A stretch of 64,000 nt of DNA from Octopus bimaculoides (lineage: Eukaryota). Each line of letters starts with the position of its first letter. Within the stretch, counting starts at the first letter, position 1. Of this stretch, positions 50,455 to 64,000 are shown piece after piece. The position numbers and the translations under genes were made by a program. The stretch is from contig NC_068992.1 of assembly GCF_001194135.2 (NCBI RefSeq), positions 8,905,764 to 8,969,763 of the forward strand. The letters run 5' to 3'. Under the pieces are notes generated by a model. It had not been told where the DNA came from and ran no database searches. It saw only the letters and a program-made list of their open reading frames with translations.

Positions 50455-51730
50455 ATGTACAGGATGATGAACAAGAGTGGTGGGGAGAGAGAGCTAGAGG
50501 TACGTAAGGGTAGATATAGTGAGAGCGGCATGGTGGCAAATACATTAGGGCATTGAGAATGATAACACATAAAAAGAATTAAGTTGGCAAAGCATATTTT
50601 GAGAATCAGACGAAATAGCTGGTATTCTTTAGTTAGAGCTAATTTATATTCTTCATCTGAATACCTCTGAAATCGACTTTTCTTTTATCCTTCCCAGAGT
50701 CAATAAAATAAATACCAATAAAGTGATCAGGTTCAATATAATCGACTAATCCATTCACCAAAATGAATGGTTTTGTGCTCAAGTTAGAAAACACAATTAG
50801 CATAGAAATTAATCTAAAAAAATCCTGTTCTATGCAGGTCCAATGTTTTAATCTCAATTATCCAGCATCTAACAGCTTAATTAGCAAGCATTTGAATTTA
50901 TTGAACAATTAGTGAGATGAACTACTGAAATGACAACTACTATTTCTTTTTTTTTCTTTTCTTTTTTTTTTAAAGTGTTTTAATTTAATTGTTTGCTTTT
51001 AATACTAAATATGTTTTGACAGCAACCAAACCAACACAATTAGTGTCAAAGAACAGTTATTTGGCTTTGGTCAATTTTTTAATAATAGCCTCAAACTGAT
51101 ACGAACTTTAGTACTAAGTAATATCATATACTTAATATATATAAACAATACCAAGATATTGTCATCATTATCATTGTTTTAACATCTACTTTTCCATGCT
51201 GGCATGGGTCACACAGAATTCATTGAGCCGGGTTTCCTATGTCTGGAGGCTCTTCCTATCATCAACCCTTACTTGTTTCCAAACAAGGAAATATTTGTCC
51301 ATGGTCGGAGATGATTTTACAGAAGACTGGAAATGAAGAACATCATTTATATTCAACTATTATGCAACATCAAGGAAACACAAACACACACACACACACA
51401 CACAAATTATCATCATATAGAGAGAGTAGGGAAAAACAAAATGAGCCCAGTATCAGCAACACAGAGTAGAGCTCACATAGCTGGGAACTTAAACTCCAAC
51501 CTCTTCGTCCAGGGCAGCAGCCTCTGCATTGGAAGTTAGCTGTAATGACAACCCTTATCAGCTTGTTACAGATGCAGTAAAGTAGATAAACACAAGTAGG
51601 TTTAGGTTTGAGAAATATATTTACATGGAGCACAAAATACAGATTACAGAATTAAGAAAAAAAACCCCACAGAACAAAAGAAATATGTAAAGCCTCTTCT
51701 GTTTATTCAGTAATCTCTATTCTGTGCTCC

Positions 51731-51778
<48 letters not shown>

Positions 51779-52444
51779 NNNNNNNNNNNNNNNNNNNNNN
51801 NNNNNNNNNNNNNNNNNNNNNNNNNNNNNNNNNNNNNNNNNNNNATCGCAAGCCTACCTCCATTCATCTCTCTCTCTCTCTGTCTCTCTCGTCCCTATTT
51901 TTCTCCATCTCCAAGTTATCTCAAGTTTTTCAGCAAATATAAATTCTTCTTTAATAAAAACAAAAAACAAAAATCCAAAGACTGGATCAAATCAATGGTG
52001 ACTGTATTTCTATAATCACTAAATTAAAACTAGAAAACTTAGATATAATCTCACTCTTTAAGTTTTGATTCGATTGTTTTGCTCCTTTTTTATATAAACT
52101 AACATCTGTCTCTTCAATAAATTAAACAAACTATTTTTTATAATCCAATTAATACTTCTTTAATAAAAAAATTATCTTTGTTTATTCTCTGTAGATGGTT
52201 ATTTACTATAAAACTAAAGTGTCCCCATGGAAAATCCACAGGTGTTAATGATATTCGGTTTTATAGTTAATTCCTTTAAACAAACTGTTTGGAGAGGGAT
52301 TAATGGAATAAAATGTCCATTATTATGTAATAAATAATAAAATATACAACACATAAAATATACATGAAACAATGTACAATTTATACATGGACAGTCACAC
52401 ATGTGAACATTTCTACACGCACATACATATATATACATATATAC

Positions 52445-52607
52445 AATGGGCTTCTTTCAGTTTCCGTCTACCAAATCCACTCACAAGGTTTTGGTCGACC
52501 CAAGGCTGTAGTAGAAGACACATGCCCAAGGTGCCACACAGTGGGACTGAACCCGGAACCATGTAGTTGGTAAGCAAGCTACTTACCACACAGCCACTCC
52601 TACGCCT
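52445..52607 (-). mobile_element. SINE family 1, 5' half
   Basis: gggcttctttcagtttccgtctaccaaatcc ... ccactcctacgcct. Confidence 0.85.
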
Positions 52608-53100
52608 ATCTTGGGATTTCATAAAATTCTTTCAGTTTTCTTTTCATATTCAAATTATCCAAACGCATTTATTATTTCAAAGTTATTACAATTGTTTATC
52701 TAAAACCGTTTTAAGTATTTGGTATGAAATTTCCACTAGTCTTTTATAAAAGAAAAAAAATTAAGTCTATAATAAAACTACCTGAAAGACACACACACAC
52801 ACACACACGTATGTATGTATGTATGTATGTATGTATGTATGTACGTATGAATAAAGGCAAATTAGAAAATTGCTTGTCAGGCTACTATTAAAGTACTACA
52901 TTCATTCTAATTATTCTCAGAAAGAAGGAAGAATTAGTTAATTATCTTTGCTTTGCTTTCACCAAATATTTGTGCTCAAGTATGTGTGTGTGTGTGTGAA
53001 CAAGTGTGTGTATATATGTGTCTGTATGATGTGCATATATGTTCATGAATGAGTGAATGAATGTATATGTACGCATGAGTGTATCTGAGTGAATGAGAAT

Positions 53101-53139
<39 letters not shown>

Positions 53140-53270
53140 ATTGTTATCTTTTTGTTTCAGTTTTCTAACATACAACAAAAACGGGCAATTATACAAGTTA
53201 GCTTTGAAAGACACAAAATATCTGAAGATTATTCAGACAGAAGCAGCAACAGCTGCAGTGATGAAGGCTG

Positions 53271-53310
53271 TGGTGGTGGTGGTGGTGGTGGTGGTGGTGG
53301 TGGTGGTGGT
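53271..53310. repeat. (GGT)n trinucleotide repeat
   Basis: Direct reading. Source of the poly-G/poly-V tracts in spurious ORFs 53089..53367 and 53141..53452. Confidence 0.95.
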
Positions 53311-56300
53311 AAAAGAGGCTGTTTTAAATGGATATTTGTCTCTTTTATTAAGGAACTCTCTCACTGATGATTCAAAGGAAATTGTTAGCTATTTAAAAGA
53401 TCTAACACAATGGCAACCAAAACTAATAGCAGTTATTGTAAAATATATTTAGTGAGATATGAGTGTTTAGCACAGGAATGAAGCCTTTGTTTTATTCCTA
53501 GTTAGATTTTAAATACTCCATGGATTGGAATACATTAATACTAACTTAGCTGTTGTATTATATATTTATTTATTTTCTGAGAAAGCTGCCATTTCGTTAT
53601 TTGACTTCTAAAGGATTCTATTTTCCTATGACAACAAATGAACAATCCTGTATAATATAGTTTGTGATTCCCCATTACTATTCCCAACAAGTGCAACTGA
53701 AGCCAGCTATTTGCTAATGAGGTCATAATAAAGCTGAAACATGCCTACAGTTGTCCTCCACATGTGTCTTTGACAACCAGTGTTGGTGTGTTTACATCCC
53801 TGTAACTTAGCAGTTCTGCAAAAGAGACTGATAGAATAAGTACAAGGCTTTAAAAAAAAGTCCTGGGGTTGATTTTTTCAACAAAACCCCTTCGAGATGG
53901 TGCTCTAGCATGGCTGCAGTCAAATGACAAACGAACATAAGAATATACATGGTCTACCCTGATATTTCGTTGCCATTTTTTTTATTGTTTCCCAGCTCCT
54001 CTCTTCTAAATGTGAGTAGTCATGTAGTTACTCTACAGCAAGAAACTAGTGTTGCCCTCACCTCTTCTCTCTTATTTTTTATCTATACTCCTTTTTTATC
54101 CTTCATCTCCTAACATAAAGTTGCCTCCTTGAGGTCTGTATTTTTTCCAAGCTGCATGGCAACCTCATTAGTGCTGATGGCACAAAAATAACACCCAGTA
54201 ACATGCTGTAAAGTAGTTGCTGTTAGGAAGGGCATCTAACCATAGAAACCAAGCTAAAGCAGACACTAGAGTACAATGCATTACTTGGGCCCATCAAAGC
54301 CTGTCAAACAGCCTTACTCATGCTAGCATGAAACATGGATTTTAACTAAAAAAAATTGATCCCTCTCTCTCACACACAGAAGTATGTGTCTAGATGTTTT
54401 TGCATCAGGAATTTTTCGGTAAAGGTGACATTTATGCTTCCTATAAACAAAATGTTTGACAGCAATTTGGCATATGAAACCATGGATGGAGGCATCAGGA
54501 AATGCATCTCGTAGAATACTGCTCTAAACAATCTCATCCAATCCACGTGAAAATGGAAAGCAGTAGATGTAAAAATCACAATAATGACAATGACAGCCAT
54601 TGACAAAAATCTTTCTTTCAGCACGCATTCAATTTTGATCAGCTTTTTCATACTCTTTATTAAATATGTTAACACTAAATTAAATTGCTTTTTATGCAAG
54701 TGATATCTTTAAATTAATCATAATCATCATTCGATGAAAAAAAAATTCTCACCAACATTAGCTGTTTGGCATATGAATCAATCATTTGAACTACAAGTTG
54801 TGACAAAATTATTTTCCAATATTCTTACTGAAGAAACCATTTTCTGCTGCAGTCTTGAAATTTTCACAATTTTATAAGTGTTTAGATTTTCAGATAAAAG
54901 ACATTCACAAAAGCCATATTCTATACTAGTAGATATTAAAAACTGGCTTAGAAGCCAACATAGGTTACTCAACCTGTGTTGGAAATAATAACCAAATCAC
55001 TCTTGAATAAAACCCAATTTGTCTTTAAAAAGGAGAATGATGCAATAGATTTAATATAATCCTAGAATGAGATGACTGATGTAACAACTCTTATCTGGTT
55101 CCAAGCAGGGTTATATTTTCTCATAGCTAGATATGTTTTTCACAGAATACTGGAGACAAACAACCTCGCTTTTATGATGGGTCATGCTCAATTACAACCA
55201 TCACGTGATGTCTACACAAGAGTACGCACAAATACACAGACACACACGACAGGCTTCTTTTCAGTTTTAGTCTGTCATATCTATTCAATAAGGTTTTGAT
55301 CAGCCAGAACCTATAGTGGAAAATGCTTGCTAACAGTGGCTGTGCAGTGAGATGAAATCATAAATCATGTAGTTGGAAAATAAACTGTTTACTACACAGA
55401 TACCTCTGCACTATTGCTCAACTAATATTCGTAGGAGCCAACGAAGGAATATCTGTTAAGCAGGCAGTATTTTTTCGCCATGTTTTCCAATTCACAGATT
55501 TTGGTAACTAACCAAGCTAAGAACAAGCTAATGACAGCCTCATTTTGCCTCAAATTTGACCTTTATGTGACATAACCAGATTGTATTCAAAATTATTCGT
55601 TTCAATCTCACCTCCTTCTGAACATATTTCTTCTTACATTATATTACGTTTTCTTTTTTGTCATAATTTCTTTCACATCATCAACATCACCAAAGAAGAA
55701 GAAAGAAAAATCTCTTACATTCTGGCTACTCCTAATTAGTTCCTAACTAATGAGATGGTTTCCATTACGTAGCAGAATATGTAATCTGTATATGGGCGTA
55801 TTAATTATGCTACAAACAATGTTATAAGTTGCATTTTATTTTTTTAATGAATAAATATCCTGCACAACTTGCAGTACTTTCGTGTGTATGTGTGCACACA
55901 CATGGTTGATTGCATGTCATTTGATGTTTCCAACTTTGCTACTGATTCTTCTGTCTACCCAATATTTAGTCATTTTTTAAGCAGTAAATTTTTACTGCAA
56001 CTACTACTACTTTGATTTCCGAAAGTTTGAACTATTCTTTATTTTAGAAACTTAAGAGAAGAAATATGGATATTTTACAGTTTAAGAAGCAACCAATTAC
56101 TTTCCTGAATAAGGTTAACCAAAAGGTACAGATTACTTTAGAAAAACTATGTTAAATCAAATGTTCTTTCTTTCCTTCATTGGAACAAAATCTCATCAGC
56201 CATTCACTAGATATTTTCCATCAATTACAGCATAACTAAAGCATTTCTCTCATTACTTTAGTAATAAATATACAAGGGTACAGAGTATAAAATACTATAT

Positions 56301-57719
56301 ATATATATATATATATANNNNNNNNNNNNNNNNNNNNNNNNNNNNNNNNNNNNNNNNNNNNNNNNNNNNNNNNNNNNNNNNNNNNNNNNNNNNNNNNNNN
56401 NNNNNNNCTACCCAATATTTAGTCATTTTTTAAGCAGTAAATTTTTACTGCAACTACTACTACTTTGATTTCCGAAAGTTTGAACTATTCTTTATTTTAG
56501 AAACTTAAGAGAAGAAATATGGATATTTTACAGTTTAAGAAAATTACAACACCATTTTTAGAAACAAAGTTAAAATCTTCATGATAATCTATTTTACTTT
56601 TTAAATTGCTAATCTTTGAAACAAAAAAAAAACAGAAACAAATTTTTCATCATCTATTTAAATAGGAAAATCTTCATCATTATATCAAACACTGTCTATC
56701 TCTGTTTCAACTATCATTGCTAATACTTCCTCTACCATACATACATACACATACATTCTGATATTCACTTTCATCCTGTCTCTATTTATCTCTGGAATCT
56801 ATAGCATAAACAATATGGCTGCATTATTGATAGGTTCGAAATTCTTCAAGTCTTTAGATTAATATTACACATCCAATGGATCATATTTATCTCTCATCTC
56901 TCCAACCATTGCCTTCACTGTTAATAATTCACTTTAATGCTATCATCATACGGTATCTTATCAATCATTCACTTAAATGCTATTCTATCATCACAATACC
57001 TTTACAGTTGAGTGAGTGAGAATGAACATTCCTACTATCAATAAAAGCAAAAGTTCCAGAAATTTCTCTCTCAATGTGTTTCTGTTTTTTATTCAGTATA
57101 TGTCATTCATATTTATCTGTCTACATCGTTGTAGTTATAAACTTATACATTCTAATCATTTCCAACACAATATAGTCATTTTAAAAAAATTCACTCACCA
57201 TCAATCTCATTCAAAGTGACACACACAACACATACACAGTTTCTTGATTTTCAATTGTTGAAGGGTTTCATATAAACTGCAACTATATAGCACCCAGCGT
57301 TCAAGAGTTAAGGAGGAGAGGAATCTGACTTTTGGAGACTGATCTTCCTACATACTGAACTTGATCCTTTTACTGCAGATGCAATTAAATTTTGAAGGTT
57401 CCTACCAAGAAGAATTCTCATGCTATCTAGGCCCTTCCATTCTAACTCTTTCCAAGCTGTGAGTTTTGTGCAGTTCCAAGATTGATCCAGCAATGAAAGC
57501 AAAGTAACCTAAATATAAAAGGAATTCTTTTAAAGACAGATGTCTCAAAATTTAGCACAAGGTCAACGATTTTAAGGACAGGTGGCAAGTTGATCACATC
57601 AACCTCAGTACTCAGAATTCTATTGACCTCAAAAAGATGGAAAGTAAATTGACTTTGGCAGTATTTGAATTCAAAATGTAAAGTGCTGGGATAAAGACTT
57701 CAAGACATTTTATGAGACT

Positions 57720-58070
57720 TTATTCCTTTTTTCTTTTACTTGTTTCAGTCATTTGACTGCGACCATGCTGAAGTGCCACCTTTAGTCGAACAAATCGGCC
57801 CCAGGACTTATTCTTTGTAAGCCTGATACTTATTCTATCAGTCTCTTTTGCCGAACTGCTAAGTTACAGGGACATAAACACACCAACATCGGTTGTCAAG
57901 CAATGGTAGGGGGGGGACAAACACAGACACAAATATATATATATACATATATATATATATGTGACGGGCTTCTTTCAGTTTCTATCTACCAAATCCACTC
58001 ACAAGGCTTTGGTCAGCCGGAGGCTATAGTAGGAGACACTTGCCCAAGATGCCACACAACGGGACCGATC
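57720..58070 (-). mobile_element. SINE family 1 copy lacking the extreme 5' head
   Basis: Tail and body motifs shared with 27022-27430. Confidence 0.8.
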
Positions 58071-58284
58071 CTGTAAATATTACACTGTATATATGACACA
58101 GTATTGATATATTTTAAGAATTTTAAGTAGATTAATAGATATCAAACAGATCTTGCTTTGGAAGTTTATTAATTTGAATCCATTAAATACAATTTAGTGC
58201 TTTATGCTTCAGAGTTTATTTTACCCTTTAAGTATATATTTCGACTGTCTCCAGAAAACTGGAAAATCCAGAAATCTATGTCTG

Positions 58285-58413
58285 AAATACAGCCGTAGAA
58301 ACTCTGCCAGATCAGATTGGAGCCTGATGCAGCCTTCTGGCTTGCTAGTCCTCGGTCAAATCGTCCAACCCATGCTAGCATGGAAAGCGGACGTTAAACG
58401 ATGATGATGATGA
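58285..58413 (+). mobile_element. RTE 3' tail copy (related subfamily)
   Basis: gtagaaactctgccagatcagattggagcc ... catgctagcatggaaagcggacgttaaac(gat)n. Confidence 0.8.
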
Positions 58414-59708
58414 TTAAATTTCCTTTATCTTATCTGATTCCATCATACCTAATTATAGTGTACTATCAGATTTCTGAACCTATCTGTTTTTTCTTTAACA
58501 TTCTCATTAGGTAATTAATTGTACCCTATCACTTACAAGCATTTTCCTCACTATTCATTTACAAGCTCTATTAAACTCAAATTCCATCCCAATGTTTTAC
58601 CTAAAACCCCTATATCGTTTACACTAATGACTTGATGTACTGTCAGTTCTCTGCAAACAGCTTCAAATTATCCACGAATAGATTATTTTTATGTTCCCTG
58701 CAATTAATAAGTCAGTGTAATAATGACAATGGTATCAGGTATATCATATACACACAATTTTTTTAAAAATATAAAAAAAAAAAAAGAACAGTCATGCTAA
58801 AAATTTATCTGGTGACCTGGATAAATCCTAAATCTTCATCAAAATCACTTCAGCTATCTATTTACCATCTTATATAAGTGTGCTCTATGTGGAACACAGG
58901 AAGAGGAAGACTGCTTGATTCTACCTGTAGTCTCTATTAGAATTGCTTCATTTTGTTGTTTAGCCTTCTTTGCTGAGCAGAGCATGCAACAGAATAATTA
59001 AATTTGGATTGTAAGAGACACAACACCTCTGTCTACGCTCTACAGTGAGGACCAACAGACGAGCAAAACAATTGTGTTTTTTATGAGTCACTTATACCAT
59101 GAGGAACAAGGCATGAAATGTATCAGGATAAATCATTGAGGGGATGCATACAGAATTATAGTGGTGCTGTTACCCTTACTGATACTTAGAAGGAAAGAGG
59201 TATGGAAATGATGCTATGAGTGATTGCTAAATGAAGAGAATGTGTAGGTGCACAAAGAAGTTAAACTCTCAGTGAACCCAACAGAGGGACCAGCTATTGA
59301 AGATTACTTCTATACAAAGGCTGTTGGGCTATGAATAAAACGAAAACAGACTTTACAGGAATAATTACTAAGATACCAAAAGATTTCCATTCATTCAAGT
59401 AACACATGCTGGTTATGAGCATACACAATGAGGCTATTGCTTAGTCCCAGGTCAAAACCATTCCAACTATGACCATCAAAGCCTATATTCCAAGGACTAT
59501 GCTTTTTAATATATCCTTATTTATTCAAGATGGTAGATGGGATTTCTGAGAATTTAACTACTTTTTCTGGCAGACTGAGCAGCCACAGAAAATTTTCAGA
59601 AGATATTAAACTGACCAACCTGTGAAAGTAGCAGAGTTATACCAATGCTAATCAAAGAGAGAACTAGCTAAGAAGACAGGCAGTTTGGATATTACCAAGA
59701 TAAGGGAC

Positions 59709-60498
59709 GGATCTAGTTTAAAACGGGGGCACCAGTTTTCATTTATGTTTTATGTAGTGTTTTTGGTACCGAAAGACTTTCAAACTTCGTATACTTATCT
59801 ATTTTGTGTTATAAAACAGAAAATAATTTTTGTATTCGAAGTTATTTCATGTAAAAAATTGTCTTATTTCGATAATTTCAACCAATCACTGACAAGTATT
59901 CAGCTGTTTACAGTTACTCCTTTGGCAGTTTAAGCGGTGTAAAGCGTACTTAATCTCCATTACTTCTGACATTTTGCAGAGAGGCAACACACGTGTGTTC
60001 GNNNNNNNNNNNNNNNNNNNNNNNNNNNNNNNNNNNNNNNNNNNNNNNNNNNNNNNNNNNNNNNNNNNNNNNNNNNNNNNNNNNNNNNNNNNNNNNNNNN
60101 NNNNNNNNNNNNNNNNNNNNNNNNNNNNNNNNNNNNNNNNNNNNNNNNNNNNNNNNNNNNNNNNNNNNNNNNNNNNNNNNNNNNNNNNNNNNNTTAGCTA
60201 CTGCCAATATGCTTCAGCCATTTTTTGACAAGGAAATAATAATTTTATCACCGCCAGAATCGTTTGAGAATCGTTTGTTTACGTAGTCAGCACTTAATGT
60301 ATTCGGCTGAATGGACGTCAGTCATTGGTTGAAATTACAGAAATACGACAACTTTAACATGAAATAAGTTGCAATATAATAATTTTTCTTAAGAAGACTA
60401 AGAGAAAAAGATATTTTATATGACACATTCTACCAGTGTCCCAAGTTTCAAAGTGTTTCGTTAAGAAAATACTGGCGCCCCCGTTTTGAACTAGATCC
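59709..60498. mobile_element. MITE with GG-starting TIRs and perfect 8-bp TSD (TAAGGGAC), Merlin-like; centre lies in an assembly gap
   Basis: TAAGGGAC|GGATCTAGTTTAAAACGGGGGCACCAGT ... ACTGGCGCCCCCGTTTTGAACTAGATCC|TAAGGGAC. Confidence 0.9.
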
Positions 60499-61189
60499 TA
60501 AGGGACTACTGATGCTCTCTTCTTAGTGATGTAACTACAGGTGAAGTTCTTAGCCAATAACAAACAACTATTCCTGGCATTTGTTGACTTGAGAGAGAGC
60601 TTTAACAGGGTACCATGCACAGCAGTTTGGTGATCACTAACAAAACTAGGACCAGAATTCTCTGCCAAAATTTCACATGAAAATCATATCACTGGATTAA
60701 TGTTGCACTATTAACTTTTCATCATCTAACATATACCACAATGGTTGCACAGCAGATTTTCTGGTAAATTTTAAAGACAGTAACATTAAACTGCCCTCAG
60801 CAACCTTTTCTTCTTCAAAACTACAGTTGTTGAATGTCTGATTTGTTGTACTGTAAATGACATTTCTCTTTTTTTCCTTTTCAATAGGTTTCTGTTTCAA
60901 ACTATTTGCATCTCATTCTGTATCATTGTAATCCAATACTACACAGCTTATATGCTTATAACTGATTAATGCAAATTCGTTAATGGCAGGGATAATGCTC
61001 ATATTATTTAAATGAGTCTTTAGAATTTGGTTTTTGATTTCTCCAAAAGTATTCATTTTCCATCTTCATTAATTTCTTTCACACATTTTCCCTTCATTCT
61101 TTCATAATAATGAACCAAAAAGAGAGCCTCTACGCAGTCATTCCATCTTTTTCACTCAAAATAGCAGCCAAACCTTCTTCAAATTACTC

Positions 61190-61530
61190 TTTTTACTCTT
61201 TTACTCGTTTCAGTCATTTGATTGCAGCCATGCTGGAGCACCGCCTTTAGTCAATCAAATCGACCCCAGGACTTATTCTTTGTAAGCCTAGTACTTATTT
61301 TATTGGTCTCTTTTTGCCGAACTGGTAAGTTACGGGGGACGTAAACACACGAGCATCGGTTGTCAAGCGATGTTGGGGAGACAAACACAGACACACATAT
61401 ATATATATATATATACATATATACGACAGGCTTCTTTCAGTTTCCATCCATCAAATCCTCTCACAAGGCTATAGTAGAAGACACTTGCCCAAGGTGCCAC
61501 ACAGTGGGACTGAACCCGGAACCATGTGGT
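61190..61530 (-). mobile_element. SINE family 1 copy whose 5' end folds back (see findings)
   Basis: ttttactcgtttcagtcatttgattgcagccatgctggagcaccgcc ... gggactgaacccggaaccatgtgg. Confidence 0.85.
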
Positions 61531-62100
61531 TGGTTCCCGGTTCAGTCCCACTCTCAACTATTTTTAACAAAGTAAGATACACAGAACAATGCAGAAATTG
61601 GGATAAAACAAAAAAGACAGGATAGCCACAGGCAACTAAAACACCTTTGATCATAGGCCTGCTTGTTTAGGGACCAGGGGTTGAACAACCAATAATTGTA
61701 TTTCAATATTGCAAAGAGAGCTGGTGCTAAAAGAAGAGTGATGACTTACAAAGTTTATACCATTTAGTTTGCTATCTCATATTTCTGATATCAAATACTG
61801 GTAAGATTGATGTTTTGGATTAACTATAATAGATCAATACAAAAAGATGCAAAGATGCATGCAGTTTCAAATTTTTCACTTCAGCCATTCATTTATCCTC
61901 AATATACATTCTCTCAGCTCACATGACATTTCAAATGACCTCACACAAAATTGTTTCAGAGTACTCTAAAAACTTTTTGCAGACTAGAATTTCAGGCTAT
62001 CCATCAAAAGATTTGGGATAAAACTGGTTCTCAATCTGCCTGTATAATATGTAAATTACTGTTTTTTTTGTTTTGTTCTGTTTTAGCAAGTTTTACACAC

Positions 62101-62198
<98 letters not shown>

Positions 62199-62639
62199 AC
62201 AAACATATATATATTCGTGTGTGTGTTTATGTCCCCATAACTTAGTGGTTCAGCCACTAATGTTCCCTACATTAAATAATTAACCAACCTTTGGTTAATT
62301 CTCTAAGTTTCTCTTCAACTAATAACCAAAAATATTTACTACAACAAATTCAGCTTGGTTTCAGAAACTAATCTTCAAAGAAAAGGTACATCCAAATATA
62401 ATAGAGCACAGAAGAGATTTAACTCTTACCTGATTATATATCTAATGAAGAGACTGTCTATTTCTTTCAATAAATATTTCAATATAATCAACATTTTGAA
62501 GGCTTTAGAAAAATATAACTTTATACACTGCAGGACCAATTATCTGACAAGCTTGGGACTAGAAGTATCCAAGACTTCTGGAGACAGTCTAAATATATAC
62601 TTAAAATATAAAATAGACTATGAAAAGTAAAGAGCTAAT

Positions 62640-62962
62640 CATCATCGTTGTTTAACGTCTGCTTTCCATGCTAGCATGGGTTGGACGATTTGACTGAGGA
62701 CTGGTGAACCAGATGGTTGCACCAGGCTCCAATCTGATCTGGCAGTGCTTCTACAGCTGGATGCCCTTCCTAACACCAACCACTCTGAGAGTGTAGTGGG
62801 TGCTTTTACGTGCCACTGGCACGAGAGCCAGTCTAGCGGTACTGGCAACAGCCACACTCAAAAAGGTGTTTTTTTACGTGCCACCTGCACAGGAGTCGGT
62901 CCAGCGGCATTGGCAATAAACTCGCTCGAATGTTTTGTTCACGTGCCAGTAAGGTGACGCTG
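62640..62962 (-). mobile_element. RTE 3' UTR copy (divergent subfamily)
   Basis: Tail tttaacgtctgctttccatgctagcatgggttgg and body homologous to 27661-27921 with many substitutions. Confidence 0.8.
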
Positions 62963-64000
62963 GTCTAAATTGTATTTACAACATTCAAATTAATACACTT
63001 CTACAGCAGGGTTTGATATTTACTAATCCACTTAAAATTCTTAAAACATAACATACTGTATCATTTATACACTCTAATGTTTATAGAGTGCAAATTTAAC
63101 AGATATGGGAACAAATACACTTCTAAAGCAGATTATGCTGAATTTTTGCCAATCCATTAAAAAAAATAAATAACAAGACTAGTTTTAACACACCATAAAT
63201 AAATCACCCAACAACAAAAACAGGGGTTGTTTACTCAATACAGGGTACAGTTTACTGCATGGTATTACACAGTATTCCTGGATTTTTAGGAGTCATATAA
63301 GAGGCCCACTACTGTATTATGTTGGTGTTAATCAAATGAAATCTTATTCTAGGTTATATGAGTTTCTGATAGAAATTTTAATTTGAATACAAGCACTTTA
63401 GTTTGTGGTGACATCAGACAGATTGGTACCAAAATAGTTTAAAATAAGCAAATGACAACTGAGAAGAGAAGTATAAATCCACGTACAAATACTTATGCTC
63501 TTTTAACTACTGTCTTCCTATGAAAGCGTGATGCATGTAATTTTAGATAGAGGAAATTAATAGAAAGTTTTAAGATTTATGCTTTTCCTAAGGGTATTAG
63601 CAACATAAGTGAATAAACTCCCAACTTAGATTCCAATTTCAATTTGCCAAGAATTTAGCATTGCATTAGAGAACCTGCCACCAGCTACGGAAATATTGAT
63701 AACTATAGTGACAAGAATACAGAGAATGATACAATGATAGAATATACTTCATTTTCCTCGACTGAATAATCAGAAAATCTTAATCCCAAATGATTCAAAA
63801 CATATGAAACACATGAACAACTTAAAAACAGAAATGATAAAGCAATGAAAATAGCAACTGTTGCTGTATCAAGTATTAACATACGATTTTTTAATTTTTT
63901 ACTTTTATTAATTTGTTCTTACACATTTTATAGATTCTTGTACTGGTTTCAGTCATTGGATTATGGCCATGAGGTCTGGTATTTATTTTATCAATTGCTA

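Noticed and set aside
55955-56541. Exact 134-bp duplication (55955-56088 and 56408-56541) on either side of an N gap
   Set aside because: A 100% identical copy starting exactly at a contig edge is typical of unmerged overlapping contigs or two haplotypes of a heterozygous indel. Most likely an assembly artefact.
57308-57508. Minus-strand 64-aa ORF with an acceptor-like ccttttatatttag at 57509-57510, a possible upstream SNX27 exon
   Set aside because: No similarity to the missing PDZ half. In the required phase 2 it hits a stop, and no strong donor is present.
47708-64000. Search for the first SNX27 coding exon (GFNVRGQVSEGGQLRSING motif)
   Set aside because: Not found by eye. A GGQL-like hit near 53752 is followed by a stop and lies in a SINE. 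The exon is presumably outside the window.

Overview
AT-rich, microsatellite-dense eukaryotic genomic DNA with six assembly gaps (10222-10611, 20928-21220, 23150-23792, 51779-51844, 56318-56407, 60002-60193). The SINE/RTE repertoire suggests an octopus or other coleoid cephalopod (inference). Most of the window is one minus-strand gene, an orthologue of sorting nexin 27 (SNX27; PDZ-PX-FERM-like). Eleven core coding exons (47707 to 15961) chain with GT-AG boundaries and matching phases into 423 uninterrupted codons. I did not find the first coding exon (N-terminal PDZ half), so it is probably beyond 64000. Downstream of the WQKE exon are four small exon candidates (13180-13223, 12917-12979, 8598-8639, terminal exon from 7159) that could give several alternative C-termini, one Cys-rich and hydrophobic. 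Introns contain at least four tRNA-derived SINE families, young near-identical RTE-LINE 3' ends, mariner, maT, hAT, piggyBac-like and Merlin-like DNA-transposon remnants, and many inverted repeats: a 149-bp near-perfect palindrome, a ~700-bp foldback and local inverted duplications at retroposon ends. These would form dsRNA in the pre-mRNA. I found no clearly new multi-gene system. The best leads are the C-terminal splicing module and the dsRNA-forming elements around it. Everything was read by eye, and repeat boundaries are approximate unless a TSD or TIR is quoted.
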